DNA from: Octopus bimaculoides
Lineage: Eukaryota
Length of the DNA: 64,000 bases
Direction: 5' to 3'
Assembly: GCF_001194135.2 (NCBI RefSeq)
Contig: NC_068982.1
Location: 13,132,134 to 13,196,133 of the forward strand
The notes beneath the pieces are model-generated. The model saw nothing but the letters and a program-made list of their open reading frames with translations. It was not told the DNA's origin and did not search any database. The translations under genes and the position numbers were made by a program. Of this stretch, positions 13,359 to 26,051 are shown piece by piece. Every line of letters begins with the position of its first letter. Position 1 is the stretch's first letter.

Positions 13359-13470
13359 TCGCTGCTTGGAATTGAATTCGGAATCTTGGGGTTAGTAGCC
13401 TGCACTCTTAATCACTATGCCATATACCTGTGAGGACAAATATCTGTCAAATGTAAATAATGTAAATAAT
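13132..13470 (-). mobile_element. tRNA-headed SINE with Penelope-like tail and a partly deleted hammerhead motif, plus an inverted 3' piece
   Basis: Minus strand: TGGCATAGTGATTAAG (A-box-like)..GAATTCAATTCC (B-box-like), (AAT)n, ACACCTGATGAAGGCTG..CAGCCGAA, (AATGTAAAT)n, AAATATAGAACTG. Flanked by the direct repeat AATTATATAAT at 13120-13130 and 13468-13478. Confidence 0.8.
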
Positions 13471-13493
13471 TATATAATGATAACAATAACAAC

Positions 13494-13546
<53 letters not shown>

Positions 13547-13549
13547 GAA

Positions 13550-14998
13550 ATGAAATTCGGATTAGAAAAATGTGCCAAAGCAACCCTGAAAAGAGGAAAA
13601 TTAGTTAAAAGTAGCAATATAACACTAGATAAAGCCAATGAAATAAGAGAACTAGACGAAAGCCAACCATATAAGTATTTAGGAGTCAATGAACTAGATA
13701 GGATACAACATACACAAATGAAAGAAAAAATAAAGAAAGAGTACTATAGACGAGTTAGATCAATACTAAAAACAGAGCTCAATGCTAAAAACAAGATAAN
13801 NNNNNNNNNNNNNNNNNNNNNNNNNNNNNNNNNNNNNNNNNNNNNNNNNNNNNNNNNNNNNNNNNNNNNNNNNNNNNNNNNNNNNNNNNNNNNNNNNNNN
13901 NNNNNNNNNNNNNNNNNNNNNNNNNNNNNNNNNNNNNNNNNNNNNNNNNNNNNNNNNNNNNNNNNNNNNNNNNNNNNNNNNNNNNNNNNNNNNNNNNNNN
14001 NNNNNNNNNNNNNNNNNNNNNNNNNNNNNNNNNNNNNNNNNNNNNNNNNNNNNNNNNNNNNNNNNNNNNNNNNNNNNNNNNNNNNNNNNNNNNNNNNNNN
14101 NNNNNNNNNNNNNNNNNNNNNNNNNNNNNNNNNNNNNNNNNNNNNNNNNNNNNNNNNNNNNNNNNNNNNNNNNNNNNNNNNNNNNNNNNNNNNNNNNNNN
14201 NNNNNNNNNNNNNNNNNNNNNNNNNNNNNNNNNNNNNNNNNNNNNNNNNNNNNNNNNNNNNNNNNNNNNNNNNNNNNNNNNNNNNNNNNNNNNNNNNNNN
14301 NNNNNNNNNNNNNNNNNNNNNNNNNNNNNNNNNNNNNNNNNNNNNNNNNNNNNNNNNNNNNNNNNNNNNNNNNNNNNNNNNNNNNNNNNNNNNNNNNNNN
14401 NNNNNNNNNNNNNNNNNNNNNNNNNNNNNNNNNNNNNNNNNNNNNNNNNNNNNNNNNNNNNNNNNNNNNNNNNNNNNNNNNNNNNNNNNNNNNNNNNNNN
14501 NNNNNNNNNNNNNNNNNNNNNNNNNNNNNNNNNNNNNNNNNNNNNNNNNNNNNNNNNNNNNNNNNNNNNNNNNNNNNNNNNNNNNNNNNNNNNNNNNNNN
14601 NNNNNNNNNNNNNNNNNNNNNNNNNNNNNNNNNNNNNNNNNNNNNNNNNNNNNNNNNNNNNNNNNNNNNNNNNNNNNNNNNNNNNNNNNNNNNNNNNNNN
14701 NNNNNNNNNNNNNNNNNNNNNNNNNNNTGGAATCTAAAAACAGAAACAATTCCTATCATAGTAGGTGCCTTAGGTATAATAAAAAAATATTCAGACAAAT
14801 ACATAACAAAAATAGCAGGACTTACAAATATATATAACATGCAGAAAATTGCACTACTGGGTACTGCACACATTCTACGCAAAACACTTTCAATACAGTA
14901 AACATAAGAGCACCACAGCAAACCACAGCACATACCCAAGGCGCACAGAGCTGCGCTCGGTAGTGAAGTGAAAGCACGTTATAAAAATAAAACTACTG
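13550..14998 (+). mobile_element. 5'-truncated R4/Dong-type (RLE) non-LTR retrotransposon within (AAT)n
   Basis: KFGLEKCA..YKYLG (end of RT); after the gap, WNLKTETIPIIVGALG..KIALLGTAHILRKTLSIQ* (stop 14899-14901). (AAT)n on both sides; gap 13800-14727 hides the middle. Confidence 0.85.
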
Positions 14999-15496
14999 AA
15001 TAATAATAATAATAATGATGATGATAATAATAATAATAATAAAGATAGATTTATCTGAGGAGATTCCAATCATCCATTTTCTTGTCTTTTGACCTAACAA
15101 AAAATAAAAGCATATTCTAACAAACCTTCATTTTTTAATTTTGTTGGACTTGGTTTAGTCTGGAAAAAAAAAGTTGTGCCATGGCCTTCACACAGACTTT
15201 CAATATTGGCTTCAAATTTTAGCACAAGGCCAGCAATTTCTGGGAGGCGATAAATCAATTTCTATTCAGTTTGCAATAGTTTTATGTGAGTTTCTACAGC
15301 ATCAATAGATGCACCATCATGTTTTGGGCTTTAGTGAATGTAGATCTGTCTTTGTGTGTTTCATCAATTTTGCCTTTCGGTGTTATCTTAATCTTTCCTC
15401 TGTTCTGTTGATTATGTGTGATATCATTTGCGTTATTTAGTAGGGGGTTAATTGTTTTATGTGAGTTGTGCGTTTGGTATTGTGTTGAGTCAAAAG

Positions 15497-15892
15497 TTTT
15501 GCAATATTTTGGTAGCTTATTTGGTTTATTCATCACGTTACAACAAGAGCAGCCTGGCATTCAAAGTAGAGGCCATCGTGTTGCACAGTCTGAAACCACA
15601 TTTCTGCCAGTTCTTTGATTCCCTGCTGATACCATTTCTTGCCCTTTGAGGAGTATTTGCTTCAATCCTTAGCTCACTTCATGCACTTGTGATATTTCAT
15701 CAACTAAGAGGAGGTGGAAGCTTCCGTGAAGGAGTTCTTTGTCTTGAAGGACAAGAACTGATATCAGCATGGTATCAAAGAACTGGTAGAAATGTGGCTT
15801 CAGATGATGCAACACAATGGCCCCTACTTTGAATGCTAGATGGCTTTTGTTGTAACTTGATGAATAAAGCAAATAAGCTACCAATACATTGC
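15497..15892. mobile_element. fold-back built from two mariner 3' ends
   Basis: ~155-bp diverged inverted arms; 15708-15839 (+) encodes EEVEASVKEFFVLKDKN*YQHGIKELVEMWLQMMQHNGPYFEC*, a mariner transposase C-terminus. Confidence 0.8.
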
Positions 15893-16314
15893 TAACTCTT
15901 GGCTCAACACAGTATGTGCTGCAGTATCAGATGGTGATTGTGTAAAGCATGTGGGTTTGAATAGAATTACTGGGTGGTACCTGTATAGAATGTGAGTTGA
16001 GTGATTTGTAGGTGTCATAGAGTTGAGATTTGGTTGTGTAAGAGCATGTGTCATGTTATTTTAAACTGGATGTTGATTGTGTAGTGTATCTGATGTGTGG
16101 CGTTATTTTATTCTGAGCCTATTGTATAAAGTTGTGTTTAGTGATTTTACTGTTTGATTTGTGGTATTGAAATGAATGTGTCTGACATAAGATGTGGACT
16201 GTATCCTGCAAACATTTTTTGGATTCTACATAGCATAGTGTGTTCTGGCACGCTTGTATTTTTTTACTTTACATTATTTTATCATAACTATCTCTCTCTA
16301 ATTACTATTACTTT

Positions 16315-16545
16315 CAAATTTTGGTACAAGGCCAGCAATTTTATCACAAGCCAGCACTTTTGGCAGAGGAGGTAAGTTGATTATATTGTCCCCAGTGCTC
16401 AACTGGTACTTATTTCATTGATCGTGAAAGGGATGAATAGCAAAGTCGACCTCAGAAGAATTCAAACACAGAATGTAAAGATGGACAAAATGCCACGAAG
16501 CATTTTGCCTGGCAAGCTAATGATTCTGCCATCTTGCTTGCTACT
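16315..16545 (-). mobile_element. SINE family B (Nin/Deu-like core GCCTTTCATCCTTTCGGGGTCGATAAA..AAGTACCAG)
   Basis: Matches copies at 21665, 42160, 50375 and 63235. The Nin/Deu label is from memory. Confidence 0.8.
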
Positions 16546-17960
16546 GTTTCTATTTTTATACTCCACATCCTGTTTATTTCCAATTTAAGATGTTTGTATT
16601 CTGACAGTTTCTCCATCTCCATATGAGTAATGTTTTTTTGTGAAAAGAGACCAAAATGTCCATTAATTCACAAGTATTTTCACCCCAGTCTCCAATAATC
16701 ATGTCTGACTGGTTTGCCTTAATCTTTTTGTCAGTTTAAATAGAACTGTCTCACATGATTGTGACCAAATTACTGTTATGTTTGGCACATTTTTATACCA
16801 CACCTGGTCCATTTCCCTGCTGAAATGTCAGCATATTGTACAGTAGACAAATCCACTGAGTCAGCCGTGTCTGAAAATATAACTGCACTTTGCAAAAAAC
16901 AAGACAGTTGGAGATGATGAGGTTAAGCTGGATTTTATCGTCTGTATAGTCTGCACTTGATGCTATCATCTCCTTTGATATTTTGTCTCTGTAGTTGTTT
17001 GTGCCTAGACATTGGTCTTGAATAACAAGAATAAAACGTTTGTAGTTTTAGTGTAGAGCTTCTGAGCCATTTTTGGCTTTCTCTTTGGCTTGCTTCCTCT
17101 CTCTCTTTCTAAAATCTTGCAGGAAATTGACCAAGAAATAGTTTCCACTTCTTCTTTCTCTTTAGAGTACTTTGAAATTCTATTTTGATTTTGATTTTTC
17201 TTTTCTTCATCTTTTTTGTTGTTCTGTCCTTATCCTCCATCTTTTACCTCAGTGTAGTTAGTTTCCATTTTGTACTTTATCATTACTTCTCATAATACAG
17301 TAAAGTATTTTTCCTGTTTTCTTATTACACTTATCATCTTTCTTTACTTGCTTCTAAATTCTTTTCTAATCCTCCTGGTGTTGTTGTTGTTGTTATTTAA
17401 TTTTCTTTGGTTAAGCGACACATAATTTAATAAAATTGATGCTGCGTATATCAATTATATTACTAATAGGCAAATTCAATATTTAGCTTTGAGACCTAAA
17501 CACTTTAGTTTTCAATTGCTCAACTGCCAGGTTAGAATCCCCACAAATATAGAAAACTACTCACACTTGAAATCATAAACAATTCATGCATTTTGAATAT
17601 TTTATGTCCATTCATACTAGTTTCTAACATTACTACAAGGTGTATAGCTAATTGCATCAGCCATAGTACTTGATTGGTGCTTGTTTTATTGCTACAAGGT
17701 GGTATAAAAACAAATTCAACTCCAGTGAGAACAGAACTCAGAAAATAAATTAACAACCAAACACTGCCAGGCATTTTATCTGGTACATTATTCATTCCAC
17801 CATTCAACATCCTTAAATGTCTATTTGTAATGATCGTTTCAATGACATTATATTGCCTTCCAGTAGAAGGAAAACGTTTCATTCTTTCTATTCTGGCCTT
17901 TCTGTTTCTTATAACTTCCTCCCTGAGCATGACATCAAATAATTTTCATAATTTTTTTAT
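16545..17960 (-). pseudogene. ancient, internally deleted R4-type LINE
   Basis: Decayed peptides EEVIRNRKARIERMKR.. (pre-RT region), FILVIQDQCLGTNNYRDKI (zinc-finger region) and EYKHLKLEINRMWSIKIETV (RLE region). Confidence 0.6.
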
Positions 17961-18040
17961 TGCTAAACTTACATTCTTTTGAGTTTCACTTCTTGCTTAT
18001 ATTTTTCTACTACTTCAGACTAACAATTGTAAATATTTAC

Positions 18041-18109
18041 AACCGAAATTCCATCAATGCATCATCTCCTACACAATCCATGACTTTTGTTATTTTTCTC
18101 ACTTTATTC
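18041..18109 (-). CDS. candidate exon (69 nt, phase 2->2), NKVRKITKVMDCVGDDALMEFR(L)
   Basis: Strong acceptor ttttcattttcttttctttag, donor gtaaat, single open frame. Caveat: it lies next to the decayed R4 relic. Confidence 0.45.
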
Positions 18110-19921
18110 CTAAAGAAAAGAAAATGAAAATTTACTTTTTCTCTCAAGTGTATAATTCTCTGCTAAACTCAAAGCTTTTGATATTTAACTTTGGATAAAA
18201 CTAGATCTTGTACAATACTGGATCATAACATGCTTACAACTTCAAAGTTATTCACTTGCCTTAACTATAGTGAGCTTTATGAAATAAATATAGGAAATAA
18301 TAAATATACATTTCTTCATTGAGATTGCGTTCATAAGGTAGAATGAATTGGCTAAGGTTATAAACTAAAATATGGATTTCTTCCAATTGCATCAGAACCA
18401 AATCTTTTGTATAAGAAAGATATTTTCAGTTGAATTAATCCCAGTATATTTTATTAATCTCATATATGTGAAAATCAAATTCAAACCACGGATGCAGGAA
18501 TAGCTGTGTGGTTTAGTATTCTGATTTGCAACAATGTGAAACTGGATTCAGTTTTATTGTAAGGCACATTTGGCAAATGTTGCTTACCACAGGTTCAGCT
18601 CGACCAATAAGTTAAACTTGGTTGACAGAAATTGTGCAGAAAGGCAGCAAACTGGCAGAAACGTTAGCACGCCGGGAAAAATGCTTAGCGGTATTTCGTC
18701 TGCCGCTACATTGTGGGCAGTAAAGAAATAAGAAATTGTGCAGAATATTTTCCTATAAATGTCTGTTTATATTCTTCAATGATGTATGTCAGTGAGACAA
18801 CTGATAACCTGGTGCCTTCAAATGTAAATCTTTGTGATATTTGCTCTGTCTTAGTCACACAGAAACTCGCTCATTATACTTTCGTTCATTATACTTTCCA
18901 TGACAAATACTTTCCCATTGAAAACCTGCCACTAATGAAACTATTGTCTATAAAATATGATTCATAATAAATAAATAAATCAACAAACTTAATTGGAATC
19001 ATGTTGGTTTGCCTTTGGTGACCCAAACTTAATGTTATCTAGAATTGCACCATCTCAGTCATTTTTTCTTTTACTGCTCTTTCAAAATTCAAATATTTTC
19101 TAATATGCTTAGAGAATTTCCATCTTCCTATGATGAATTTGAAGACTGATATTATTTGCTCACTGATGCAACACAAACGCATTCCTTAAGCCCTGCTACT
19201 TAAATTACAAAACGCCACACGCTAATGAACATAAAGATAACATTTAATTTCTCTTCTTTCTTAAGATCGTGTTATTATACTCCACAGCCTGGTGTATAAA
19301 AATAGTCTCTCTTACTAAGTTGAAATCAAGAAAAAAAATTTTTTTAAATATTTTTCAGTTTTATTCTTTTCACCATAGTTTCAAAAAATGGCAGAAAGTA
19401 AAAAAAAAGACAAAGAGCAAACATGTTTCAATTGACTTATTTTTAATCACTATCATTATTATCTTTTTAACTGATGGAAGAAAAATGGCAAATTTCAACC
19501 AAAAAACAAAAAATAAATAAATTAATAATAATAAATTTTAAAAAATGAAAACAAGGATTTAATGGCTGTTTTAAATTACAAATTGGCAAATATGAAAGAA
19601 AAAGTATCAATTATTAAATGAACATTTTTCTTGATGAACAGGAAATTGTAATAAAATAGATTTTTAGTGTTTGTCATCAATTTTTTTTTTCAAATTCTCT
19701 ATAGAAAGCAATTAGATTGTTTGAATATTGAAAATTAGAATTATGCTCAAGAAAGTTGATTGCTTTTGTAACATCCAATTTAGTCAATTTTGAACAAAGC
19801 AACAAACTATTTCAGTTTGATGTTTTGATATATATACATACATATATTGAATATGTATACATGTATATGTCTATTCATATATATGTATGTAAATGTATAT
19901 GTATTTACCTATCTATCTATC

Positions 19922-19969
<48 letters not shown>

Positions 19970-20150
19970 TGTATGTATGTATGTATATATATACATGTAT
20001 TCTCTCACATATAAACATACACATTCATATAGATATTAGCGTTTGTGTATATGTGTGTAAACAGAGCATAGATTTAGAAAAAGCTATAAATTCTCAGAGA
20101 TGACTATCTACTTGAATATCATACGCAATAGTTATTCATTTTGGTTTCAG

Positions 20151-20238
20151 GTCAATAGCTGCATCAAGCCAGACTCGTATGATGGAAAGACAAGAAAATA
20201 TGAAGAAGGAATCCAATAGACACACTGTTCACAATTGA
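20151..20238 (+). CDS. candidate terminal exon, (R)SIAASSQTRMMERQENMKKESNRHTVHN*
   Basis: Acceptor ttcattttggtttcag; phase-2 start matches the AG| of 9779; stop TGA at 20236-20238. Confidence 0.5.
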
Positions 20239-20964
20239 GTTTCTATTTTAGTTTGAATAATTGATATATCACCAGGAAATATTGAAACTTTTATCAAGGT
20301 TTCTCTGTAGTAAATTAAACATACTCGAAGAAGATTCATTGACCAATAGCATGATTGACCACCGACAAAATATAATCAATGTATTTAAGTTTTGGAACTG
20401 GTAGAAAAATCAAGCATTGATGAAGTAGGGATGATGTGGGTCTTCTTTTGTTTGATTTATAGATATCATTATTATATTAGAATCACAGTAAATATTTATT
20501 TGACATATATTGTGAACAATGAGCATATCTGACTAAACGTTTTACATTTTCTCCATCAGCTTCCTTCTCCCCCCCCCCATACAACATCATTATCAGATAC
20601 ATTTATCAAACCAAGGAATATCTTACACCTATTTCATATATGCTGTTGATTTAATAATATTCACTGATTTGGAATATGTTCCGTTTCAGTCTCAGTTTTA
20701 CGACCAAACACCTTTTAAAACATCAATCACTCTAACCAGATAAGCTACCAGCTTCATTTTAGTGTTGATTCATTTAAATGATGACAGCCATAAAAGAGTA
20801 ATTGCTAAGCTGGATTAACATTAAAATGTCTCTCCTTAAAATGTAGACCAGATCGTGCATCTCTAAGCTTTATGATTTTTTCCTGTTTAAAATGCATAGG
20901 TCTTGAACATGATGTTGAAGACAATTTGTAGTACATGTATACATCTTGTAATACAATGTATATG

Positions 20965-21006
<42 letters not shown>

Positions 21007-21664
21007 GAGAGAGAAGGGGGAGAGAAAGAGAGAGGGGGAGGGAGAGAGAGAAGGAGAAAAGGACATATATAAACATGCTTGCGCATATGTTTGCAAAATG
21101 TAAATTAACAATGATAATGTGTCCATTTCTTTTTCAAGGAAATAGTGTGAAGGATATTTAACCAGTGCCTATCAGGCCAAAGAGACCTTATTGGAGCTCC
21201 CTAATTGGGTTGCAATGATAAAACGAGCAGAAGAGGCTGCTGTGCTAGAGTGGACATGTAATAGGAATAGATGAAAACTGCTGAGTGAAAAGCATTGTTC
21301 TGATTCGGAAGTTTGGACACTGAATCGTATGAAAGAAGAATAGAACAGTCACGTTTGAAACACCTTTGATCATAGGTGAATCCAGTCAGCACCAGCCGAG
21401 GGTTAAACAATTATTTGTAGCAAATTATGATGCTTCTCTATCACTAGGTTCATGGCCATTCATATTACTATAATTTACAGGATTATTTGAATTTTACAAT
21501 TTTTTAATCTAATTATCTTTTAATCTTATTATTTTAAGATTTTAGTCTGACTGAGTATACCTATGTTTAAAGGTATTCCTATTATGAATAATGTATCTCA
21601 TTTTCTAGACATAGAATATGTCATCATCATAGTTGTTGTTTTAATATCTCCTTTTTTTTCGTAA

Positions 21665-22060
21665 GATGGTGAGCTGGCAGAATGGTTAGCATGCCAGACG
21701 AAATGCTTAGCAGTATTTCATGTCTTTATGTTCTGAGTTCAGATTCCACCGAGGTTGACTTTGCCTTTCATCCTTTTGGAGTTGATAAAATTAAGTACCG
21801 GTTGTGTACTGGGGTTGATATAATGGCCCCCCTCTTCCAAAATGTTGGGCCTTGTGCCTAGAGTAGAAAAGAACGTCCCCTTTTCCATGCCTATTGTGGG
21901 AAGCTGGCAGAATCGTTAGCACACTGGATGAAATGCTTTGTGGCATTCCATCTGTCTTCACGTTCTGAGTTCAAATACTGTCTAGGTTGATTCTGCCTTT
22001 TATCATTTCAAGGTCGATAAAATAAGTACCAGTTGTACGCTGGGGTCAATGTAATCAACT
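21665..22060 (+). mobile_element. two tandem family-B SINEs
   Basis: Two heads GAGCTGGCAGAAT(G/C)GTTAGCA at ~21670 and ~21900. Confidence 0.85.
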
Positions 22061-22111
22061 GAAACCATTATTTACTTTTCCTGCCTGTTTGAATCATCAG
22101 GGATTCCTTAA

Positions 22112-22320
22112 CCCTTTAGCATTCAGATTATTCTGTCCAATGTAATAATTATCTATTCAGATTGTTTTGAATTAATCATGCATTATCTTGTAACTTTGAG
22201 ACTTCAACAATGCAATTGCATATTGTTAGAATAATATTTTAGGGTAGGTGTGAAAGGCCAACAATTAACAGGCAGAATATTTATGCCAGCTGTGGCTAGT
22301 TTTAATTGCTAAAAGGTTAA
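22112..22320. mobile_element. TTAA-flanked MITE (piggyBac-like ends)
   Basis: TTAACCCTTTAGCATT..AATTGCTAAAAGGTTAA terminal inverted repeats. Confidence 0.7.
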
Positions 22321-22734
22321 AATTTAGATCTCTATACCCAGATGCATTTCTTGTCACCAACCCTCAGCTGTTTCCTAGCAAAGTAATATTTTTCTTGTCA
22401 ACACATGTTTGTTTACAAATAACATGTCATGTCAAGACAAGAGACAGAAACAAACAGGCACACACACATGTGCATGTATGCATCAGGCTTCTTTCAGTTT
22501 GTACTTATCATTTCACTCACAAAGCATCGGTTGGCCCTGGGCTATAGTAGAAACCACTTTCCCAAAGTGTTGCACCATGAGACTGAACTCCAAATCATCT
22601 GATTGTGAAACAAACTGTGTTGTTTTACATATACCACCACCATCATCATCATCATCGTAGTCGTCCTCATCGTCATCATTATCATTTAATGTCCGTTTTC
22701 CATGCTGGCATGGGTTGGACCAATTAATGTATTG

Positions 22735-23079
22735 TTGTTGACATCCTTTTGTCTCGGGAGACAATGGAGTTGCGCATAAACTAACCCAGTCTGGTTTTTA
22801 CCTTTCATGTCCTCTCCAGTTTCCTCTCCAGTTTTGCTCAGGCCTGGGCTAGATGTAAGAAAATCCTGGGTTGTCCAATTGTCAGGATTCCTCTCTCGAC
22901 CTTGCTGATGTAGTCCAAAGGAGTGCAGAGCATTAGGTTTGGCACCAGCTTGGTTGCAGGAACTGCTGGAAGAGTGTCGAGTCAAACTCTAAACCACCTA
23001 TGGGGCTCCACTTTGAAGGTTGTCTCCTTTCTGTAACCCTGGATAGGGGCGCATACTGGGTACTGTCAGCCGGAGCCAG

Positions 23080-23080
<1 letters not shown>
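22735..23080 (-). mobile_element. GC-rich fragment, probably a LINE 5' UTR, next to an RTE 3' tail (22645-22720)
   Basis: Much higher GC than its flanks, abuts (TA)n, and resembles RTE-like 5' regions from memory only. Confidence 0.35.
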
Positions 23081-23133
<53 letters not shown>

Positions 23134-24904
23134 GAAAACCAAGAGGGTGGAAATTTATTCACATCGAAAACTTTTTTATTAAAAAGTTTTCTACAGCATA
23201 TATAACAATGACCAACATATGTTTCTACTGCAGCAATTGCACATTGCTCTGTATGCAATTATGCATTCTAGTTGCTGCCCAAGGCTATAATAGAAGACAC
23301 TTGCCCAAGGTATTACATGCAGTGGGACTGAACCTGGAACCATGTGGTTGGTAAGCAAGCTACTTACCACACAGCCACTCCTGCACCTACCATGTCAAGC
23401 AAGCATACAAAGATTTCACAGGAGAAAACAAAAATACAACTGACAAATATATTGCCGTACGCAAACACTTTGTAAACAAGTTTTATTAAATATTTTATAG
23501 AATACCAAATAGACATAGACACCAAGTACCTCATAAATTTGCTATATTTTCATCAACTTCGTCTTTTTTCTCAATATTTCCTTTTATTTGTGTGTGTGTT
23601 TCAATATTTTATAACTTTGATTCATATAACAATGAAAAAACAAATGAAAAAATTAAAAGAAAGACTTAAATTGAAACTTATTGAACGACTTAATTAATAA
23701 AATATATTTATTTTCGCTTTAACACACAGGTTAATGATATTGTCAAATTCCTGTAAAATAATAATCATCATAAAAGTTATTTATGTATATATTTTATTTA
23801 AAGGCTACAACAGTTTATCTTGCATGATCAGAATAAATTTTCCATCACATTTCCATATGTGATTTCTTTGAAAAATTTTTATTGTATATTCACAATTTAT
23901 ATAACAAAATTTACTTGTGCTGATTAGTCAGTTAATTAGAACTAATATAATAGGTATATAGGTACACAGGTGCAGGTATAGCTGTGTGTTTAAAAAGTCC
24001 ACTTCTTAAACAGGTGATTTTAGGTTTGTTACCACTATATAACCCCTTGGGTAATATAACCCTAGCTGACCAATGTCATGTGAAGGAATTTATTGGAAAC
24101 TGCAGGAAGCTTGTCATCTATACATGTAAGTCTGTATGTACACACACACAGACACACACATGACATAGAAATAATGGGTTATATACATTCATTTATTTAT
24201 TATAGCCTTACAGCTGTTTCAGATATATGTTTGAGTACATTCATGGCTCAATCTTGTCAATCAATTGATTGGTCTACTAAAAATATTGGGAAACAGTATC
24301 TCACAGCCACCTTCTTCAAAGCTGAAACAAATATATTGCCAAATTAAAAGAAAAAAGCAAAAGGAATGAATTTAGTCAATGTAAAATTTTTATATATAGA
24401 ACTAAGTCCTCTATTTTCAGATATCAACCTTAAGCCATTGTTGGTTTTAGCATGGACAAATAGTATTGTTATCCAGTAAAGAAATTTGATTGTTTACAAC
24501 CTCTTTCCCATGGTTAGTGGCAGGATGATGGTAATTACTACTATATTTTTGAAAAATGTCATGGGGAGTGAATGCAAATAGACAAACCAAAAGGCAGCTA
24601 GGTTACTATGTATTTTAAACCAGAAGTATCAAAAGCTATATATTTACTACGAATATATATAAATGTATATAACTCGAAACAAATTGTTGGTTTTTGGGAT
24701 TTTTTAATAATTTTTTATGTTGTCTTATCTTATATTATATTATAATACAATATAAACAATTGCAGCATGGAAGGTGTTTATAAGCCATTTAAGAAACACA
24801 CAAAAACCGTTAGATTCACTTCAGCATTTAAATTTAATTTGCCAAAATAAATAAAGTAAGATCCTAAAATAAGAGAGTATTTCATCATTTCATCGTACAT
24901 TAAT

Positions 24905-24995
24905 ACATCATCCTGATGGTGGGGACATTGCATATATGGAGTGTCTAATTTTTAACCACAACCAGTAATTTACCCCTGAAACGGCTGTAGATGGA
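24905..24995 (+). ncRNA. degenerate minimal hammerhead-like motif in a probable Penelope-type fragment
   Basis: CATC-CTGATGG-T-GGGGACATTGC..GTAATTTACCCC-T-GAAAC-GGCT-GT-A-GATG. Stems I, II and III can all be drawn; the core A9 is G. Confidence 0.55.
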
Positions 24996-25225
24996 ACACT
25001 CTCCTATTTTTGGATCCTACTCTATGTTTTTCTTAACCTTGACACCAAGCTGGTATGTTTACATCCCCTGCGACTTAGTGGCTTGGCAAAAGAGATTGAT
25101 AGAATAAATACCAGACTTGAAAATCTATAAGTAGTGGAGTTGATTTGTTTCACTGTGATTCTTAAAGGTGGTGCCCCAGCATAGCCACTTTCTAATGACT
25201 GAAACAATTTAAGGATAAAAGATAT

Positions 25226-25299
<74 letters not shown>

Positions 25300-25992
25300 A
25301 ATGTGGATATATTTTAAGAACACCATAATACTGTGGTATTTATCTTGAGAAAGCATCTTGTTTAGATGTGTAGTGCTAAAAAGCACAGAAATATCAACAA
25401 AGGATAAAACTGTCCAGCACTGCTGACAGGACAGCTAGATCATTTAATTTCAGTGTTTTTGCACTTCATCAGCAGCAGGCAACCACTATCATTGCATGTT
25501 AGCCGAACTTGCTGAAATCACATGATCAAGCAGAGTTCTATGGCCTGTGCTGGAGATATTTTATCTGCTGCCAATATTTCTGTGCCTTTTGGCTCTATAC
25601 GTTTATATTAGATGCTTTCTCAAGATGTACGCTATTATAGCATTCTTAAAATATATCCAATTTTAGCAGGATATAAAGATTAATATTCAGTATTTTCTGT
25701 TGCAAATAACTAACACACACACACACAGATATGCATATTTCATTTCATTTTCCTTCCCCCTCCCTCACCTAATTTCTTTTTTTTTTCCTACTTCTTCTTC
25801 ACACATTCTCTCTCATGCTGCTTTCCATTCCCCATCAATTGCAACCAGTTGCTCAAACACAGAAGATGTAAAACCCTGCTGTCTTTCCATTCTTTCCCTT
25901 CCTGGCATCTTAATCTTGAAGAAGGTATCTGTCTGAGTCACTGGATTCTCCACTCAACACAGCAATTTCACTGTACTCTTTCTGTTGAAAGT

Positions 25993-26051
<59 letters not shown>

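Noticed and set aside
13354-13432. Functional tRNA gene
   Set aside because: The boxes are decayed, there is no proper acceptor stem, and it is fused to the SINE body.
13550-14939. 300-400 aa ORFs across N gaps (also 5642-6223, 29100-29456, 33733-34817)
   Set aside because: Their length comes from Ns; only the R4 peptide ends are real.
21156-21270. Protein-like frame YLTSAYQAKETLLELPNWVAMIKRAEEAAVLEW
   Set aside because: Weak splice sites, adjacent to a SINE tail, and no recognisable homology.
23020-23080. HDV-like ribozyme at the putative LINE 5' end
   Set aside because: I could not draw the nested double pseudoknot.
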